Shown piece by piece: positions 17,198-26,180 of a DNA stretch of 64,000 bases (its first letter is position 1; every line of letters starts with the position of its first letter). The notes under the pieces are model-generated. The model saw only the letters and a program-made list of their open reading frames with translations. It did not search any database and was not told where the DNA came from. A program made the position numbers and the translations under genes. Source of the DNA: Gemmatimonadota bacterium (lineage in GTDB: Bacteria; Gemmatimonadota; Gemmatimonadetes; Longimicrobiales; Gaopeijiaceae); the NCBI GenBank assembly GCA_039587535.1, contig JBDHIF010000011.1, positions 1-64,000 on the forward strand, in the 5' to 3' direction.

Positions 17198-19786
17198 GTG
17201 AATATCGTTATTGCGGACAGCGTCGTTCGTGGAACGCTGAGCCCGGAGCGGCAGTTCCACGGCATTCCCTCGAACCTCGGTGCCCGCGAGATCGCCCGGC
17301 TCATGGGCCGGGGTCGAGCATATGGCGAAGGCCCCCTGCCGTCGATTATCCGAGCAGCGGCGGCATCAGGCGGGCGCACGGGTCTCGTGCTGCTCCGTGA
17401 GGTGGCACCGCAGGACGAGGCAGGCGCGTCGAACGGTGTATCGGGAGCTCGTGAGGCGCTCGCGGAATGGGTCGACCCGGTTCGATCCGTAGCCGCTGCG
17501 GCATCGGCGCTCGATTGCGCTCCCGGGCGAATTCCCTGGCGCACGCTGATCAAAAGGATCGCCGGCGTGGCGGGTGTCGAAGAGAGTTCCGTAGCCGACG
17601 GTATCGCCGACCTCGGCTTCCTCGTGGTGGGATGCCAAACGGAGGAGCGGATCCAGGCGATCGCGACATTCCTGAGGACTGTCCTCGGTTTCGAGCGCGT
17701 CGCTGTAAGTCCCCACCTCGTAGGGAGTGCCACGGCCGAAGCGCACTACGCGGTGCTACGCCACAACCTGCCTCGGTCCGGCGTGAACGTACTTCTCGAT
17801 CTGGGTGAGGCAGCCAGGTGGGTCGACATCGATCCCGATCGTGCCGGGCTCGCGGGAGGTGCGCCTTGCGTGATCGGGCCGCGTGAAGCTCGCGAGCAGA
17901 TGGAGGCCGACGCCCAGCGCATCGTCCAATTGATCTGCATGCACTGGACGAGGGCGAAACTGCGCGCTCTGGCAGGAGGGTTCAGCGGGAGTCTGCTTTT
18001 CCTCGCCGAGGGCTTGAAGGGCGAGGCGCGGACTGAGCCGATGGTGATCAAGATCGACGCCTTCGCTCAGATGCGACGTGAGCTCGACGGCTACCATCAG
18101 GTGAAGGACCTCTTTGGCAAGCACGTGCCCACGTTCGGGTACCCGGTCCGTCAGGGCAGCCTGCTCGGTGTCGGGATGGAGCTGGCAGCGATGAAGGGCG
18201 ACCCAACTACGCTGCAGGACGACTTCGAGAAGGCGGACTCAGAGTCTCTGCTGGTACGCTTTCTCACCCGGCTCGAGAAATCTCTGGACCTCCTGTCTGA
18301 AAAGCTCTACGGCAACACGCTAGAGCGTGGCAGCGTCGCCCCGTTCCGGATTTTCGGGCTGCACTCGGCTCAACAGATCGTGTGGCTGAGGGAGAACGCT
18401 ACGATCATTCAAGGCTATTTCGATGAGTCCAGCCACTCCGTTGAAAACGTCGATCTGGACCAGCTCGAGAATGTGGCACGCTTGATAACGCGGAATCCCG
18501 ATGCGGTCCAGTCCGAGCTCTGTCTGCAGCACGGCGACCTGAATCTCGCCAACGTCATCTGCGACGAAGGCGACAACGTGTGGTTCATCGACTGGACGCA
18601 CAGTGGAATCCACCCGCTGGAACTCGACTTCGCGAAGCTCGAGAACGACGTGAAGTTCGTGATGAGCAAGGACTTCGATGTCGATGATCTACCCCGGCTG
18701 CACGCATTCGAAGAGTACCTTCTCAACCAGAGGATCCCGGGTTCCGCAGAAGAGCTTCCGGACGCGTTGAAGTTCGCGAAGTGGGATCTGCGCTTCCGGA
18801 AGATCCTCGCCGCCGTGCGTCTGATTCGTCAGCGCTGTGACCGGCTCAAAGAGGGTGATGATTGGCTGGTCTATCGGGTGGCCTTGCTGCGATATGCCAT
18901 GCACACGCTCAGCTTCGATCAGCGCAGGGGAGGGGGTGAGTGTGACGAGACTCAGCTCATGTATGCCCTGTACTCGTGCGAGTCGCTCTCGCTTTCGCTC
19001 GTTGCCGACGATTTTCACCTCAAAATTCGCGCCGAGCGGCCCGCGTCGTACCCCGAACGCCAGCGCATCTCGATCGACGAGTCGCTGTGGCTTCTGGATT
19101 GCGAAGATTACGCCCCTCCCTACCACGTCGATCAGACCGTGTTGGAAGCGGCGGGTGATCGCGGCGACAAGGGGTGGGCGGATCCGGAAGAGGTGGACTC
19201 TGCCGTGCTGGCCGAGCGACCGGCACGCTTCCGGGACGATGAGGGACGGCCGCTGAACCCGCGTGGCCGCACGGGGATCGCTGGCCGGGGACTTCTGGGC
19301 CTATGGGGCGCCAACGCGTCGGTCGTGGGTGTCGTGCTGCGTACCAGCGCGGTGACGGGTGAACTCCAGATCCTGCTCGGTTCCAGCGAGGACGACCCGA
19401 CGCTCCAGGTGCCGAAGGGGTTCCTCTTCCCGGACGAACAACCAGAAGACGGTCTTCTCCGCGTCATGCAGGTGGAAGCCGGTTGGCGACCTCAGGGGGC
19501 GCCGATCCCGTTGAGTGACGGCTACGCGTACGACGCCCGCCAGACGGACCACGCCTGGGTCGAGCAGCGAGCGTATCTGTTCGACCCTGCGGAGGAGGAC
19601 GTTCCGGATCTCTTCGACCCGGCGGGTGATCTCGACGAGGTCTCGTGGTGGCCCCTGGATGTGGAGACGATGACCCGGATTCCGGCGGGTCAGGCTCCGG
19701 TGATCAACGAGGCGCTGGAAGCCGCACGCGGGGCGGGGCGGCTCGACGAAGAGCTGGCGGGGCGACTGATCCGCAGGGCCGTCTGA
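17198..19786 (+). CDS. Three-domain protein combining an N-terminal isochorismatase-like domain, a choline/ethanolamine-kinase (APH-fold) domain and a C-terminal NUDT9-like Nudix domain with a degenerate Nudix box
   Basis: The kinase region has HGDLNLANVICDEGDNVWFIDWTHSG (Brenner motif plus DxE/W). The Nudix region has ..NPRGRTGIAGRGLLGLWGANASVVGVV.. (NUDT9 signature) and the box GFLFPDE-x7-RVMQVEAGW (REx2EE degraded to RVMQVE). The N-terminal region has ..LVVGCQTEERIQAI.. resembling the G-x-C/T-D motif region of cysteine hydrolases but lacking the Cys. Confidence 0.5.
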   Translation: MNIVIADSVVRGTLSPERQFHGIPSNLGAREIARLMGRGRAYGEGPLPSIIRAAAASGGRTGLVLLREVAPQDEAGASNGVSGAREALAEWVDPVRSVAAAASALDCAPGRIPWRTLIKRIAGVAGVEESSVADGIADLGFLVVGCQTEERIQAIATFLRTVLGFERVAVSPHLVGSATAEAHYAVLRHNLPRSGVNVLLDLGEAARWVDIDPDRAGLAGGAPCVIGPREAREQMEADAQRIVQLICMHWTRAKLRALAGGFSGSLLFLAEGLKGEARTEPMVIKIDAFAQMRRELDGYHQVKDLFGKHVPTFGYPVRQGSLLGVGMELAAMKGDPTTLQDDFEKADSESLLVRFLTRLEKSLDLLSEKLYGNTLERGSVAPFRIFGLHSAQQIVWLRENATIIQGYFDESSHSVENVDLDQLENVARLITRNPDAVQSELCLQHGDLNLANVICDEGDNVWFIDWTHSGIHPLELDFAKLENDVKFVMSKDFDVDDLPRLHAFEEYLLNQRIPGSAEELPDALKFAKWDLRFRKILAAVRLIRQRCDRLKEGDDWLVYRVALLRYAMHTLSFDQRRGGGECDETQLMYALYSCESLSLSLVADDFHLKIRAERPASYPERQRISIDESLWLLDCEDYAPPYHVDQTVLEAAGDRGDKGWADPEEVDSAVLAERPARFRDDEGRPLNPRGRTGIAGRGLLGLWGANASVVGVVLRTSAVTGELQILLGSSEDDPTLQVPKGFLFPDEQPEDGLLRVMQVEAGWRPQGAPIPLSDGYAYDARQTDHAWVEQRAYLFDPAEEDVPDLFDPAGDLDEVSWWPLDVETMTRIPAGQAPVINEALEAARGAGRLDEELAGRLIRRAV

Positions 19787-19788
19787 TC

Positions 19789-20733
19789 GTGTCTCTCCTG
19801 AACCAAGAACGCGCCGCGCTCGACGGATTCCGCTCCGCGCGGCCTCTGGTGACGAGGTCCGACGCCCTCGAGGAGGCTGCAGCGAATCGAGCTGATACGG
19901 ATCGACCGGTGGAGGAGCTCGTGTGGACGACGTTCCTCCTGCGTACGGTGCTCGAGGCGGGTCGGACCGTCCGCGCCGTACCTCCGTCCGTGTTGGAGCT
20001 CAAGCGAGACGGGTCACCGGTGACCGCGCTCGAGCGTGACATCGAGCTCGAAATCAAAGAGGCTCTCGAGGTGTTCGAACCCGAGGCGGTCTTCGTAGGT
20101 GAGGAAAGTGGCGGGTGGCTGCACGACGCGGGTTGGACACTCAGCATCGATCCCATCGATGGCACGTGGGCGTTCCTCTCGCACACGGAGACATTCTCCG
20201 TGGTGATGAACCTCTTTCTAGAAGGCCAGCCCTTCATGGGCGTCGTGGCGAGTCCGTTGACCGGTGAGATCGGTTACGCGGCAGCGGGTGGAGGGACCCG
20301 GCTCGTGCGCCTCGACGTCCTCGGCGAAGGCGACCAGGGGTTCGCGCTACCGTTGGGCGATCGAGACTCCAAGAAGACCCTCGTGAACTTGCACCCGGCC
20401 GAACGAGGCTCGCGGCTGGTGTCGGCCTTCTACGAAGCATGGGAACGACGGGACGTCCGTATGGTCCGTGCGCCCGGTGGATCCCCGTCGTGGGCCATGC
20501 TCGAGGCGGCGCGGGGACACTTCACTTATGTGAACGAGTGGGCCAAGTCCGCAGCGGATCCGTGGGATCTGGCTGCAGGCGTCCTCCTCGTGAACGGAGC
20601 GGGCGGCGTGGTCGTGGATCTCGACGGCCAACCGATCGATCCCGTGGGCCACATCGGCCCATTCGTCGCCAGCGTGTCCGAGCAGCAGTGCTCACGCGTC
20701 TTGTCGATCGTACGCGAGGCCTTAAGCCCATGA
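19789..20733 (+). CDS. Inositol monophosphatase / CysQ-family phosphatase (3'(2'),5'-bisphosphate nucleotidase-like)
   Basis: It has ..FVGEESG.., DPIDGT and WDLAAG motifs. The start was moved to GTG 19789, just after the upstream stop, because the upstream part of the 19645 ORF overlaps the previous gene. Confidence 0.65.
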   Translation: MSLLNQERAALDGFRSARPLVTRSDALEEAAANRADTDRPVEELVWTTFLLRTVLEAGRTVRAVPPSVLELKRDGSPVTALERDIELEIKEALEVFEPEAVFVGEESGGWLHDAGWTLSIDPIDGTWAFLSHTETFSVVMNLFLEGQPFMGVVASPLTGEIGYAAAGGGTRLVRLDVLGEGDQGFALPLGDRDSKKTLVNLHPAERGSRLVSAFYEAWERRDVRMVRAPGGSPSWAMLEAARGHFTYVNEWAKSAADPWDLAAGVLLVNGAGGVVVDLDGQPIDPVGHIGPFVASVSEQQCSRVLSIVREALSP

Positions 20734-22016
20734 GTTTTTGGCGGACCTCCGAGACGCCACCGGTGTCGACCGGCGCCAGACTGAGAATCGTCGGCGTCGT
20801 CCTCGTCTTTGTCCTCGTTGCAGGGTCCTTCCTCGCCGGAGTCGAAACCTCGGGCCTCGAAGCGACGGAGGCGGGCTCGATTCTCGCGTGGATCTACTAC
20901 GCAGCGGGGCTGTTCGTCTTCGGTGGATTGGATCTCGGCACTCCGATCGGTGGGCCAATCGCTGCGCGAGGGATGCTGTGGGTTGCGTACTTCTTGGCGC
21001 CCGCGATCACGACGACCACGGTTGTGGAAGCAGTCATTAGGCTCGTCCGCCCGGCTCGGTCGCCGGCAGCATCGGTCACGGGCCACCTGATCCTGGTCGG
21101 GGCCGGCCCGATCGGCCTGGCGTACCTCAAGGCCGTTCGTCGGGTCGATCCTGATGTCCCAGTGCTCATCGTGGATCGCTTCGAGGGTGAGGTGACACTT
21201 GCCGAGGTCGAGCGCTTGGGTGGGGTTCATCCCGTTTCCGTGGATCCACGGCGGCCGGCGGCCCTCGAAGTCGTGGGGTTGGAGCGTGCCGATCGGATGG
21301 TCGTGGTGACGGACGACGACCTCACCAATCTCGAGGTGGCATGGGCGGCGCGGGCAGCTCGGGCGGACCTCCCCATCGCCGTGCATGTGGCCGACCTCAC
21401 CCTGCTTCGGCCCGTCAATCGGCTCGTGCGGGACCAAGCCCGAGCCGCGGATCCGGGCGGAGCACCGCCCCTGGTGTTCAACACCCACAGGATCGGAGCA
21501 CTGCACCTGTACGAGCGCTTCCTCCACCCGCATTTCGAGGGTACACGGTACGAGGACGTTGTCGTGCTCGGCGGATTCGGGCGCTTCTCGCAGACCATCC
21601 TGGAGCTCTTGAGGGTGACGGCTGCGGATGAAATCGAGCGATTGGTCGTGGTCGACCCCGATGCATCGAGGAAGGTACGTCAATTCGCGGTGGACGTACC
21701 CCTGGAAGTCCTGAGTTTCACGACGGTGGACGGCGACCTCGAAGACCCCGGGACGTGGGCACGGGTCGACGATGAGGTCGCGGGGCTCGAGGCCACTCCG
21801 GTGTATCTGCTCGCCTCGTCCGACGAGGTCGTGAACTTCCGGGCTGCCATGCTCCTGCGGGCCCGCTCGAGGGAGCCGCGGGTCTTCGCTCGGTGCTTCC
21901 ACCGCGGCCAGTTTGCAGAGTCACTCGCGGAGCAGCGTGATTTCGAACTGCTCGCGTTCGAGGACGTTCTTCGCGATGCCCTGGTCGAACACTACGAGGG
22001 GCTCAAGACGGTGTGA
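20730..22016 (+). CDS. 2TM pore-loop ion channel with two C-terminal RCK/TrkA-N (NAD-binding Rossmann) domains and a non-canonical filter (..FVFGGLDLG..)
   Basis: TM1, a pore-helix-like AWIYYAAGLFVFGG and TM2 are followed by two GxGxxG Rossmann domains (LILVGAGPIGLAY.., VVVLGGFGRFS..). The start overlaps the IMPase stop (ATGA). The 3' end is duplicated at window start. Confidence 0.6.
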   Translation: MSFWRTSETPPVSTGARLRIVGVVLVFVLVAGSFLAGVETSGLEATEAGSILAWIYYAAGLFVFGGLDLGTPIGGPIAARGMLWVAYFLAPAITTTTVVEAVIRLVRPARSPAASVTGHLILVGAGPIGLAYLKAVRRVDPDVPVLIVDRFEGEVTLAEVERLGGVHPVSVDPRRPAALEVVGLERADRMVVVTDDDLTNLEVAWAARAARADLPIAVHVADLTLLRPVNRLVRDQARAADPGGAPPLVFNTHRIGALHLYERFLHPHFEGTRYEDVVVLGGFGRFSQTILELLRVTAADEIERLVVVDPDASRKVRQFAVDVPLEVLSFTTVDGDLEDPGTWARVDDEVAGLEATPVYLLASSDEVVNFRAAMLLRARSREPRVFARCFHRGQFAESLAEQRDFELLAFEDVLRDALVEHYEGLKTV

Positions 22017-22245
22017 CATTGGGCCGGTTCTTGGGCCCACTCGACCCGGTAGCTTCCGACGTCACATTCCGGCAAGAACGGCAGATCGTGCGCCCCGCCT
22101 TGGGTTTACACGGTTTCTTGCCGGAATTCGGCTAAGCTGCTATCGGCCTGATGAGCGTGAGGTCGGTAGTTCAAATCTACCCAGGCCCACTTTTGGAAGT
22201 GATGGCCCCGCTTGGCTTTGGATGGCCAAGCGGGGCTTCTTCGTT
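22017..22245 (+). ncRNA. Copy 4 (best-context copy) of the structured tRNA-like 3'-UTR RNA element with terminator (22204-22244), immediately downstream of the channel gene
   Basis: Same architecture as copy 1 with ~90% identity over ~225 nt. Confidence 0.5.
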
Positions 22246-22320
22246 GCTCGTCGGGACGTCGGTCCCGTCCTCCCGGGCGGTTCGCGGCCGGAGGCATCCG
22301 CGCGCTCGCGACCCGGCGTC

Positions 22321-23629
22321 TCAGTCCGCCCCAGGGCGCAGGGTCAGGCGATGCATGAGCACCGCGGCGCGCTTGGTCTGCACCGCAAGAGTCGGGAGAT
22401 CGATCCACTCGTCGACGGTGTGGTCGCTGCCGCCGCCGGGTCCGAGCCCGTCGATCGCGGTATCTACGTACCCCGCGGTGAACGATACGTCCGCCGCTCC
22501 GGCGTTTCGGGGGTCGACGGCCGTCACTTCGCCAAACCCGAGGTCCTGGCTGGCCTGGCTGAACATGGCCAGGAGCCGGTGGTTCCCGTCGGTGGGCGCG
22601 AGCGGCGGGTAGCCTTCAGCGAAGGAGAGGGTCGCGGAGGTGCCCGGGCGGTTCTGCCCGGCTACGAATCGCATGACCGCCTGGGTCCGCTCCACCTGCT
22701 CCAGGGAAATGGCCCGCAGGTCGCCCGTGACGACAGCGCTCTGCGCCACGACGTTGTTCTTCCCGAATGCCGAGCCCCCGGCGGAGACTTCGTCGTAGGT
22801 GACGTCCGTCCCTCCCAGGATCAAGCCAGGGTTGAAAGTCAGTAGCGGCTCGCCGGCCAACCCATCGTAGAATTCGTGGAGGATTCGCGATGCCTCGTAG
22901 ATGGCTCCGGCCCCGATCTCCGGCTGGAAGATCTGCGAGGAGTGTGCAGGCGTGCCGGTCACGTCGAGCCGCCAGCCCAGCGAGCCTCTGCGCGCCACCA
23001 CGGCCGTCGCCGGGTTGCTGTCCCCGTTCTCGAACGCGAGGACGACATCCGCCTGTTCCGCCGCCTGCACGAGGGCCGCGCGGGCCAGCTCCAGGGGACG
23101 GCCACTCCGTTCCTCGTCGCCCGTCATCACGACCGTGATGCTCATCTCGTCGAGGCGACCGGCCGCCTCGAGGGCCTGGAGCGCGTGCACGATGGCCACG
23201 TCTCCGCCCTTCATGTCCACGACCCCGGGGCCGCCAGCCCGGTCGCCTTCCCGGGCGAAGCGCTGCAGGGGGCTGCTGGGCTCGAACACCGTGTCCAGAT
23301 GGCCGATCAAGAGCAGACGGGGGCCCACCCCGTTCCGCCGGGCGACCAGGTGTCCGGCCCGTTCCCATGCGGCACCGTCGATCCACTCGGTGTCGAAGCC
23401 CAGCGCGTCGAACTCCGCGCGGAACAGGGTCCCGACCTCGCGCACCCCCTCGAAGTTCATCGTGCCGCTGTTGATGTTCACGGCGCGCTCCAGGAGCGCG
23501 ATGGCGTCGTCGGCGCCGGCGTCCACCGCGCTTGCGATCCGCTGCTCGACGGTCGAGAGGGACTGGGCCTGGACGAGCGTGGGTGCGAAAGCGCCGAGCA
23601 CTACGAATAGGGCGGCGATGCGGTTCATC
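22321..23629 (-). CDS. M20 family metallopeptidase (carboxypeptidase G2-like), secreted
   Basis: Signal peptide MNRIAALFVVLGAFAPTLVQA. M20 motifs ..LIGHLDTV.., ..VVDMKGG.., ..GDEE.. The start was trimmed from the ORF track. Confidence 0.75.
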
Positions 23630-23839
23630 GGTCGAGCTTTCCTGAGCAGGAGTCGTTTGGCGGGGTCGTTGGGTGTCCCACAATGACCGTCCCCGCCCCC
23701 GCGCGCCACGTCTTCGGTCAATTCCGGCGCGGTTCACTCCGCGACCTCCGAACGTGTTGGCTCCGGTACAAAACAAGAGGCCCTGGGCCGCGGCCCAGGG
23801 CCTCTTCTGTATTCGATGAGCCAAACAGCCCGGCCCGGG

Positions 23840-25639
23840 TCAGCGGAAATCGATGGTCACTTCCATACACGTAGAGGGGGTGTCCTCGTAGGTATCACTG
23901 GTGGTGCTGGCTGCACACACCTTGACGTCGTAGGTGGCCCTGCCCTTGCCGCCCGTGTAGAGCGCAGATGTCGACCCGGTCGCGGTGGTGTAGTGCGACC
24001 AAACCTGCTGTGACGCGGTATCCGTCACTTGCATGAAGACCCGCTCAGAACTCTTGCTGGCAAGCCCGATCCCGTGCTCGCCCTGGCGCTTGAAGAGGGC
24101 AAGTGTAGCCGAGAACTCGCCCGACGGAGATGCGATAACGGTGACTGACTGGGAGGAGGTGGCGGTCGCAGCGCCGTCGTACACGGTCAGGGTCACCGTG
24201 TAGGTGTCGGGTGCGCCGTAGGTGTACCCGGGATCTTCCAAATCCGACGACCCTTGCCCGTCCCCGAAGTCCCACGAGTAGGTCAACGCGGCAGGGCCGT
24301 CAGCATCTTCGCTGGTGGACGTGAACGTGCATGTGAGACCGGAGCAGTCAAAAGTGAAGCCAGCCTCGGGTGCGTTGTTGCCACCACCAACGTCACCACC
24401 TGTCAGGGTCTCGTCGACGTAAAGAAGAAGGTTGGGGCTGGAATCCATTGCCCCGCAGACGGTTCTCGGTGGCCCTCCCCCCGTGATCCGAGAACATTCG
24501 GTGATCGCATCGAACGTTGCATCGCCCGTGAGCGCGTTCGCGACCTGCGTGGGCGTCATGGTGTCATCAACGTCCAACCACAGCGCTGCCGCCCCAGCGA
24601 CGTGCGGCGATGCCATCGATGTGCCGCTGATCGTGTTGGTCGCCGAGGTGCTCGTATACCAGGCCGAGGTGATGCCACTCCCGGGTGCGAAGATGTCCAC
24701 GCACGAACCAAAGTTCGAGTACGAGGCGCGCTCATCATTCGAGGTGGTCGCGCCTACCGTGATGGCCTCGGGAGCGGCGGCAGGGCTGGCACCGCAAGCA
24801 TTCGCGTTGGAGTTTCCGGCAGCCACCACGACGGTGACCCCGGCCGTGTGCATCCGCTCTACCGCGTCATCCACCGGGTCGTACTGCCCACCGCCCAGCG
24901 ACATGTTGGCGACAGAGGGGCCGAAGGCATTCCCGGCAACATGGTCCATTCCTGCGATAACGCCGGAAAAGGTACCCGAGCCTGAGCAGTCCAGGACTCG
25001 GACGGGGATCAGGGTGACGCCTTTGGCAACACCCCACTCAGAGCCGCCCACAGTCCCCGCGACGTGTGTTCCATGACCGTCGCAATCTTCCGTGCCGTTA
25101 CCGTCCTTGATGGCGTCGAACCCACGCGTGAAGTCGACTCTACCACCGAAATCAAGGTGGCCCGAAAGAATCCCGGTATCGAGGATCCACGCATCCACTC
25201 CGGCACCGGTGGCACCGTACGAGTAGGCACCGTTCAGAGGCAGAGAAGGCTGGTCGATCCGGTCCAGGCCCCATGTCGCGCCCGTCTGGGTGGCGGCGCT
25301 CTTCGTCACGACGCCATCCTGTTCGATCGAGGCGACGAGCGGGTTGCGCTGGATGGCCGTCAGGGTCTCGGCCGGGAGCGTGGCCGCGAAGCCCTTGAAG
25401 ACGTTCTCGTACGTGAAGTGGACCTCACCGCGAAGCCCCCGCATCATCGTCGCCGAAGCCGCGGCCGCGCTCGGCACATCGTCATTCAATCTAACGACGT
25501 AGCGATTCGGGATCGGCGCATCCACGGAGGAGACGGCCGCGAAGTTCGGCGAAGACTCTACGCCCAAAGGGGTCTCGACGTCGCAGGCAGCAACGGAGAC
25601 CAGGGCAAGCAGCGCAAGGAGTCTCGTACTCTGATTCAT
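23840..25639 (-). CDS. Secreted subtilisin-like serine protease (S8, proteinase-K-like) with I9 propeptide and C-terminal PKD domain
   Basis: Asp/His/Ser triad context (DTGI.., HGTHVAGT.., GTSMASPH..) and a PKD-like ..YSWDFGDG..YTVTLTVYD.. Confidence 0.8.
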   Translation of the reverse strand: MNQSTRLLALLALVSVAACDVETPLGVESSPNFAAVSSVDAPIPNRYVVRLNDDVPSAAAASATMMRGLRGEVHFTYENVFKGFAATLPAETLTAIQRNPLVASIEQDGVVTKSAATQTGATWGLDRIDQPSLPLNGAYSYGATGAGVDAWILDTGILSGHLDFGGRVDFTRGFDAIKDGNGTEDCDGHGTHVAGTVGGSEWGVAKGVTLIPVRVLDCSGSGTFSGVIAGMDHVAGNAFGPSVANMSLGGGQYDPVDDAVERMHTAGVTVVVAAGNSNANACGASPAAAPEAITVGATTSNDERASYSNFGSCVDIFAPGSGITSAWYTSTSATNTISGTSMASPHVAGAAALWLDVDDTMTPTQVANALTGDATFDAITECSRITGGGPPRTVCGAMDSSPNLLLYVDETLTGGDVGGGNNAPEAGFTFDCSGLTCTFTSTSEDADGPAALTYSWDFGDGQGSSDLEDPGYTYGAPDTYTVTLTVYDGAATATSSQSVTVIASPSGEFSATLALFKRQGEHGIGLASKSSERVFMQVTDTASQQVWSHYTTATGSTSALYTGGKGRATYDVKVCAASTTSDTYEDTPSTCMEVTIDFR

Positions 25640-26180
25640 GCGAATGGGCCAGTGGAAGACTTGTGTGACAACCCTTAATTGATGCTACAGGCCACGAGCC
25701 TGTCCTGTCCAGAAGAAAATTTGGTTGATCGCGCCGCATCGGTGACGTACGGCGTGCGTGCGGAGTGCGAGCGTTCGCTCAGCACGCTCTGCGACGGCAT
25801 CTCTTAGCAGGAGGGCCGACAACGCCGCTGGGCCGGTGCCGTTCATCTCGGGTGTCGGCGTCCACCGTGAGGGTGGGCTTGGGAGGAGCTCGGCAGGCGT
25901 GGCTTGCCGCTCTGATTCAGGCCGAGTTCGAAGAGCAGTACCGAAGCCGTCTGACCGTTCGCACCGAGATGGTCAGACTCACACACACCGGTCTCCGATG
26001 GACCCGGCGCGGTTCACTCCGACGGAGTCGTCGGCGTCGGAGGTCCGCGACCGTGCCTCGCGTCGCACGGTTGTGTTGACAACCGCATCCGACCGGCCTC
26101 CTATGCGATGTCGGCCACGACCGACCCTTCCGAGCCGGGTCACCGCCGGAAACAGCCCTTCACCAAGGAGCCCTGCTCAA

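Noticed and set aside
19645-19788. Upstream extension of the IMPase ORF, and likewise 20439-20729 for the channel ORF
   Set aside because: Both extensions overlap the 3' ends of the preceding genes in another frame. Coupled starts (GTG 19789, ATGA 20730) give proteins of family-typical length.
20526-21902. 458-aa minus-strand ORF
   Set aside because: It is antisense to the 2TM-RCK channel gene.
22616-23824. 402-aa Arg-rich minus-strand ORF
   Set aside because: It is an alternative frame of the M20 peptidase gene, has extreme Arg/Gly content and shows no homology.
25758-26180. N-terminal 141-codon extension of the FG-GAP protein ORF
   Set aside because: It is Arg/Ser-rich low complexity. 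A proper signal peptide begins at the ATG at 26181.
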